From positions 1 to 32,523 of the forward strand of contig CAZWGY010000003.1 of the NCBI GenBank assembly GCA_964633575.1: a DNA stretch of 32,523 bases, given 5' to 3'. The notes under the pieces are model-generated. The model was not told the DNA's origin. It saw only the letters and a program-made list of their open reading frames with translations, and searched no databases. This document shows, in pieces, positions 30,075-32,523 of this stretch. The translations under genes and the position numbers were made by a program. Source of the DNA: an uncultured Desulfobacteraceae bacterium. GTDB taxonomy: Bacteria; Desulfobacterota; Desulfobacteria; Desulfobacterales; JAABSP01. Position 1 is the first letter of the stretch, and each line of letters starts with the position of its first letter.

Positions 30075-31792
30075 GAAAGCCCCTCTCCCAGATTCTTTCG
30101 GAAACGGCCGGCATCAGCGATGCCGACATGGATGACGCCCTCAAAGTCCAGTCGGAAAAGGGGGGCACCATCGGTGAGATCCTGGTCAAGCGGAAGGTGA
30201 TCTCCGAGGCTCAGCTCCTCGAGGCCCTGAGCATCCAGTATGACATTCCGTTCTGGCCCAAGCTCCCCATGGACCACATCGGCACCGAGCTGACCCGGCA
30301 GGTCTCGATCCAGTTCCTTAAAAAGTACTGTATGGTCCCCCTGGCGCCAAACGGCGAAAAACCGGAAAAGGCCCGTGATGAAGGGTCGGGACAATCCGGA
30401 TATCTGATCGCCATCAACGACCCGGCGGCCTTTCAACCCTTGGACGATCTCATCCGGATCATCGGCGCCGACCATTTCCAGGTGGTCCTGTCCACCCGTG
30501 AAGCGATCCTGTCGGCCATCAATATCTCCTACGACCTGAACCGGGATTCGGCCGAGCAGCTTGTCCAGGACATGGAGGACAACGGCGCCACCATCATCAG
30601 CGAAATCGAGGACACCGCCGACCTCCTCGACGACACCAGTGACGCGCCCATCATCAAGCTCGTCAACCACATCATCTCCCAGTCGGTCAAGGCCCGGGCC
30701 AGCGACATCCACGTGGAACCCTATCAGGACAGCTTCAAGGTCCGGTACCGGGTCGATGGAATCCTCTACGATCTCCTTACGCCACCCAAGTGGATTCAAC
30801 CGGCGCTGACCTCCCGGATCAAGGTCATGTCCAAGATGAACATCGCCGAAAAGCGTCTCCCCCAGGACGGCCGGCTCGAGGTCAAAATTGGCGACCAGGA
30901 CATCGACGTCCGGATCTCGACCATCCCCACCACCTTCGGGGAGCGGGTGGTCCTTCGACTCCTGAACAAGAGCACGTCGCTTCTGGAGATCAACGAGCTG
31001 GGGATGTCCCCGGAACGGCTGAAGCTCCTCAAACACCTTGTATCCTCACCCAACGGGGTCATTCTGGTCACCGGCCCCACCGGCAGCGGCAAGACGACCA
31101 CCCTTTACGCGATTCTCGCATCCATCAACACGCCGGACATCAACATCATCACCGTCGAGGACCCCGTCGAATATCAGATCAAGGGGATCAGCCAGATCCA
31201 GGTCAATCCCAAGATCGACCTGACCTTTGCCAGAGGTCTCCGGTCCATCGTCCGGCAGGACCCCGACGTCATTCTCATCGGCGAGATCCGGGACCGGGAG
31301 ACGGCTGAAATCGCCGTCCAGTCGGCCCTCACCGGGCATCTGGTCTTTTCGACCCTCCACACCAACGACTCAGCCAGCGCCATCACCCGGCTCGTGGACA
31401 TCGGGGTCGAGCCGTTTTTGATCTCATCCTCCGTCATTGCCGTAGCGGCCCAGCGACTCGTCCGGGTCCTTTGCCAGGATTGCAAAGCTCCCTTCACGCC
31501 GGACGACGAAGCCCTCGAAACCATCGGCATCAGCCGGGAACAGGTCGAAGAGGGCCATATCCACCAGGCGGTGGGATGCTCCAAATGTCTCCAAACCGGC
31601 TATCGGGGTCGGGTGGCCATTATCGAGATCATGCTCATGGAGCAGAAGCTCAAGAGCCTGATCCTCAAAACCTATGACTCGGCCCGGATCAAAAAGGACG
31701 CCCGGATCGAAACCCTCAGAGAAGACGGGATTCACAAGATACTCAACGGGATCACCACCATCGAAGAAGTCCTCCGGGTGACCCAGCGATAA
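30071..31792 (+). CDS. gspE: T2SS assembly ATPase GspE
   Basis: 573 aa. Walker A 'GPTGSGKTT', Asp box, Walker B 'ILIGEIRD', His box 'TGHLVFSTLHTN' and a tetracysteine Zn motif ('CQDC...CSKC'). N-terminal T2SSE_N-type helical domain. ATGA overlap with gspD. Confidence 0.96.
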   Translation: MRKPLSQILSETAGISDADMDDALKVQSEKGGTIGEILVKRKVISEAQLLEALSIQYDIPFWPKLPMDHIGTELTRQVSIQFLKKYCMVPLAPNGEKPEKARDEGSGQSGYLIAINDPAAFQPLDDLIRIIGADHFQVVLSTREAILSAINISYDLNRDSAEQLVQDMEDNGATIISEIEDTADLLDDTSDAPIIKLVNHIISQSVKARASDIHVEPYQDSFKVRYRVDGILYDLLTPPKWIQPALTSRIKVMSKMNIAEKRLPQDGRLEVKIGDQDIDVRISTIPTTFGERVVLRLLNKSTSLLEINELGMSPERLKLLKHLVSSPNGVILVTGPTGSGKTTTLYAILASINTPDINIITVEDPVEYQIKGISQIQVNPKIDLTFARGLRSIVRQDPDVILIGEIRDRETAEIAVQSALTGHLVFSTLHTNDSASAITRLVDIGVEPFLISSSVIAVAAQRLVRVLCQDCKAPFTPDDEALETIGISREQVEEGHIHQAVGCSKCLQTGYRGRVAIIEIMLMEQKLKSLILKTYDSARIKKDARIETLREDGIHKILNGITTIEEVLRVTQR

Positions 31793-31797
31793 CCGCC

Positions 31798-32169
31798 ATG
31801 CAGCGCCCCTTCTGTCTTTTCGTCGCCTTCTGTTTATTGACGGCCGTTGCCGGCAACTGTTTTGCCGGAGACGATTTGTCATTACCGGAACCCGCAACCG
31901 ATCCGCCGACGCCCTTTCTGGAAATCCCCCTCCGGATGTTCCAGACCCTCATCTCCCCCATCGATGGGGATCGATGTCCCATGCACCCGTCATGCTCGGC
32001 CTATGCCAAACGGGCCGTCCAGAAACACGGCCCTCTCATGGGATGGGTCATGGCCTGTGACCGGCTGCTCCGATGCGGCCGGGATGAATGCCAACGCTCG
32101 GCCCGGGTTCGGGTCAACGGGAGGCCCAAATGCAACGATCCGGTAACCCACAATGATTTCTGGTGGTAA
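31798..32169 (+). CDS. YidD-domain (PF01809-like 'haemolytic domain') protein with a predicted Sec signal peptide
   Basis: 123 aa. 'FQTLISPIDGDRCPMHPSCSAYAKRAVQKHGPLMGWVMACDRLLRCG' matches the YidD signature (ISP...C...PSCS.YA......G...G......R...C). It is preceded by 'MQRPFCLFVAFCLLTAVAGNCFA'. Starts 5 nt after the gspE stop. Confidence 0.8.
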   Translation: MQRPFCLFVAFCLLTAVAGNCFAGDDLSLPEPATDPPTPFLEIPLRMFQTLISPIDGDRCPMHPSCSAYAKRAVQKHGPLMGWVMACDRLLRCGRDECQRSARVRVNGRPKCNDPVTHNDFWW

Positions 32170-32176
32170 CAGCCCC

Positions 32177-32523
32177 ATGCGAATTGCCAACTATGCCAAT
32201 CTGAACGCCCGGCGGTTGCTTTGCTTTTTAGCGCTGTCGATCCTGTTTCTCTTTTCTCCGATTGCCTCATCCGCCGCGACCACTGAAATTAATGCCGACG
32301 ACCAGCTCGGATTCGCCCGGTCCTATTTCGAAGACGGCAACTACCCGAGAGCCATCGCCGAATATGAGCGGTTCCTCCATTTCTTCCCGGAAGACACCCG
32401 AGTTGATGCCGTCCGATATCAGATCGGGACCGCCTTTTTCGAAGCCGGACGGTACCGGGATGCAATCGAACGGTTTTCCAGACTTGCTGAAGGTACCGGT
32501 GCCCCCGCTGAGATGGCCCCGGA
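32177..32523 (+). CDS. Signal-peptide TPR-repeat protein (5' part; runs off the window)
   Basis: Open frame from ATG 32177 to the window edge, not in the ORF track because it lacks a stop. 'MRIANYANLNARRLLCFLALSILFLFSPIASSA|A' looks like a Sec signal. TPR-like helices follow ('ARSYFEDGNYPRAIAEYERFL', 'IGTAFFEAGRYRDAIERF'). Starts 7 nt after the YidD-like stop. Confidence 0.65.
   Translation, partial: MRIANYANLNARRLLCFLALSILFLFSPIASSAATTEINADDQLGFARSYFEDGNYPRAIAEYERFLHFFPEDTRVDAVRYQIGTAFFEAGRYRDAIERFSRLAEGTGAPAEMAP

Overview
High-GC window (spot counts about 58-70% in genes). Gene content and order fit a Desulfobacterota-type Gram-negative chromosome, which is an inference. It is almost entirely conserved housekeeping plus one secretion operon.

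Minus strand, 38-19046:
- tyrS and rny.
- A 1.2-kb lower-GC, weakly coding spacer.
- A GlmU-like gene that encodes only the uridyltransferase half.
- The ATP synthase stalk/F1 operon: b', b, delta, alpha, gamma, beta, epsilon.
- The elongasome operon mreB-mreC-mreD-mrdA-rodA, ending in a bactofilin gene joined to rodA by an ATGA overlap.
- A GTGA-coupled LD-carboxypeptidase and serine-hydrolase pair.

Plus strand:
- tRNA-Pro(GGG) with a near-consensus promoter and an intrinsic terminator.
- A complete type II secretion operon in the permuted order gspF-G-H-I-J-K-L-M-N-C-D-E.
- Directly after it (5- and 7-nt gaps), an exported YidD-domain protein and a signal-peptide TPR protein that runs off the window.

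I recognise no rRNA, CRISPR array, transposase, integrase, phage, toxin-antitoxin or known defence genes. I did not find convincing evidence of a novel multi-gene system.

The observations most worth a second look:
- The truncated glmU and the adjacent low-GC orphan islet.
- The YidD-domain/TPR tail of the T2SS operon.
- The rodA-coupled bactofilin.

All functional calls rest on motif recognition by eye, not on database searches.
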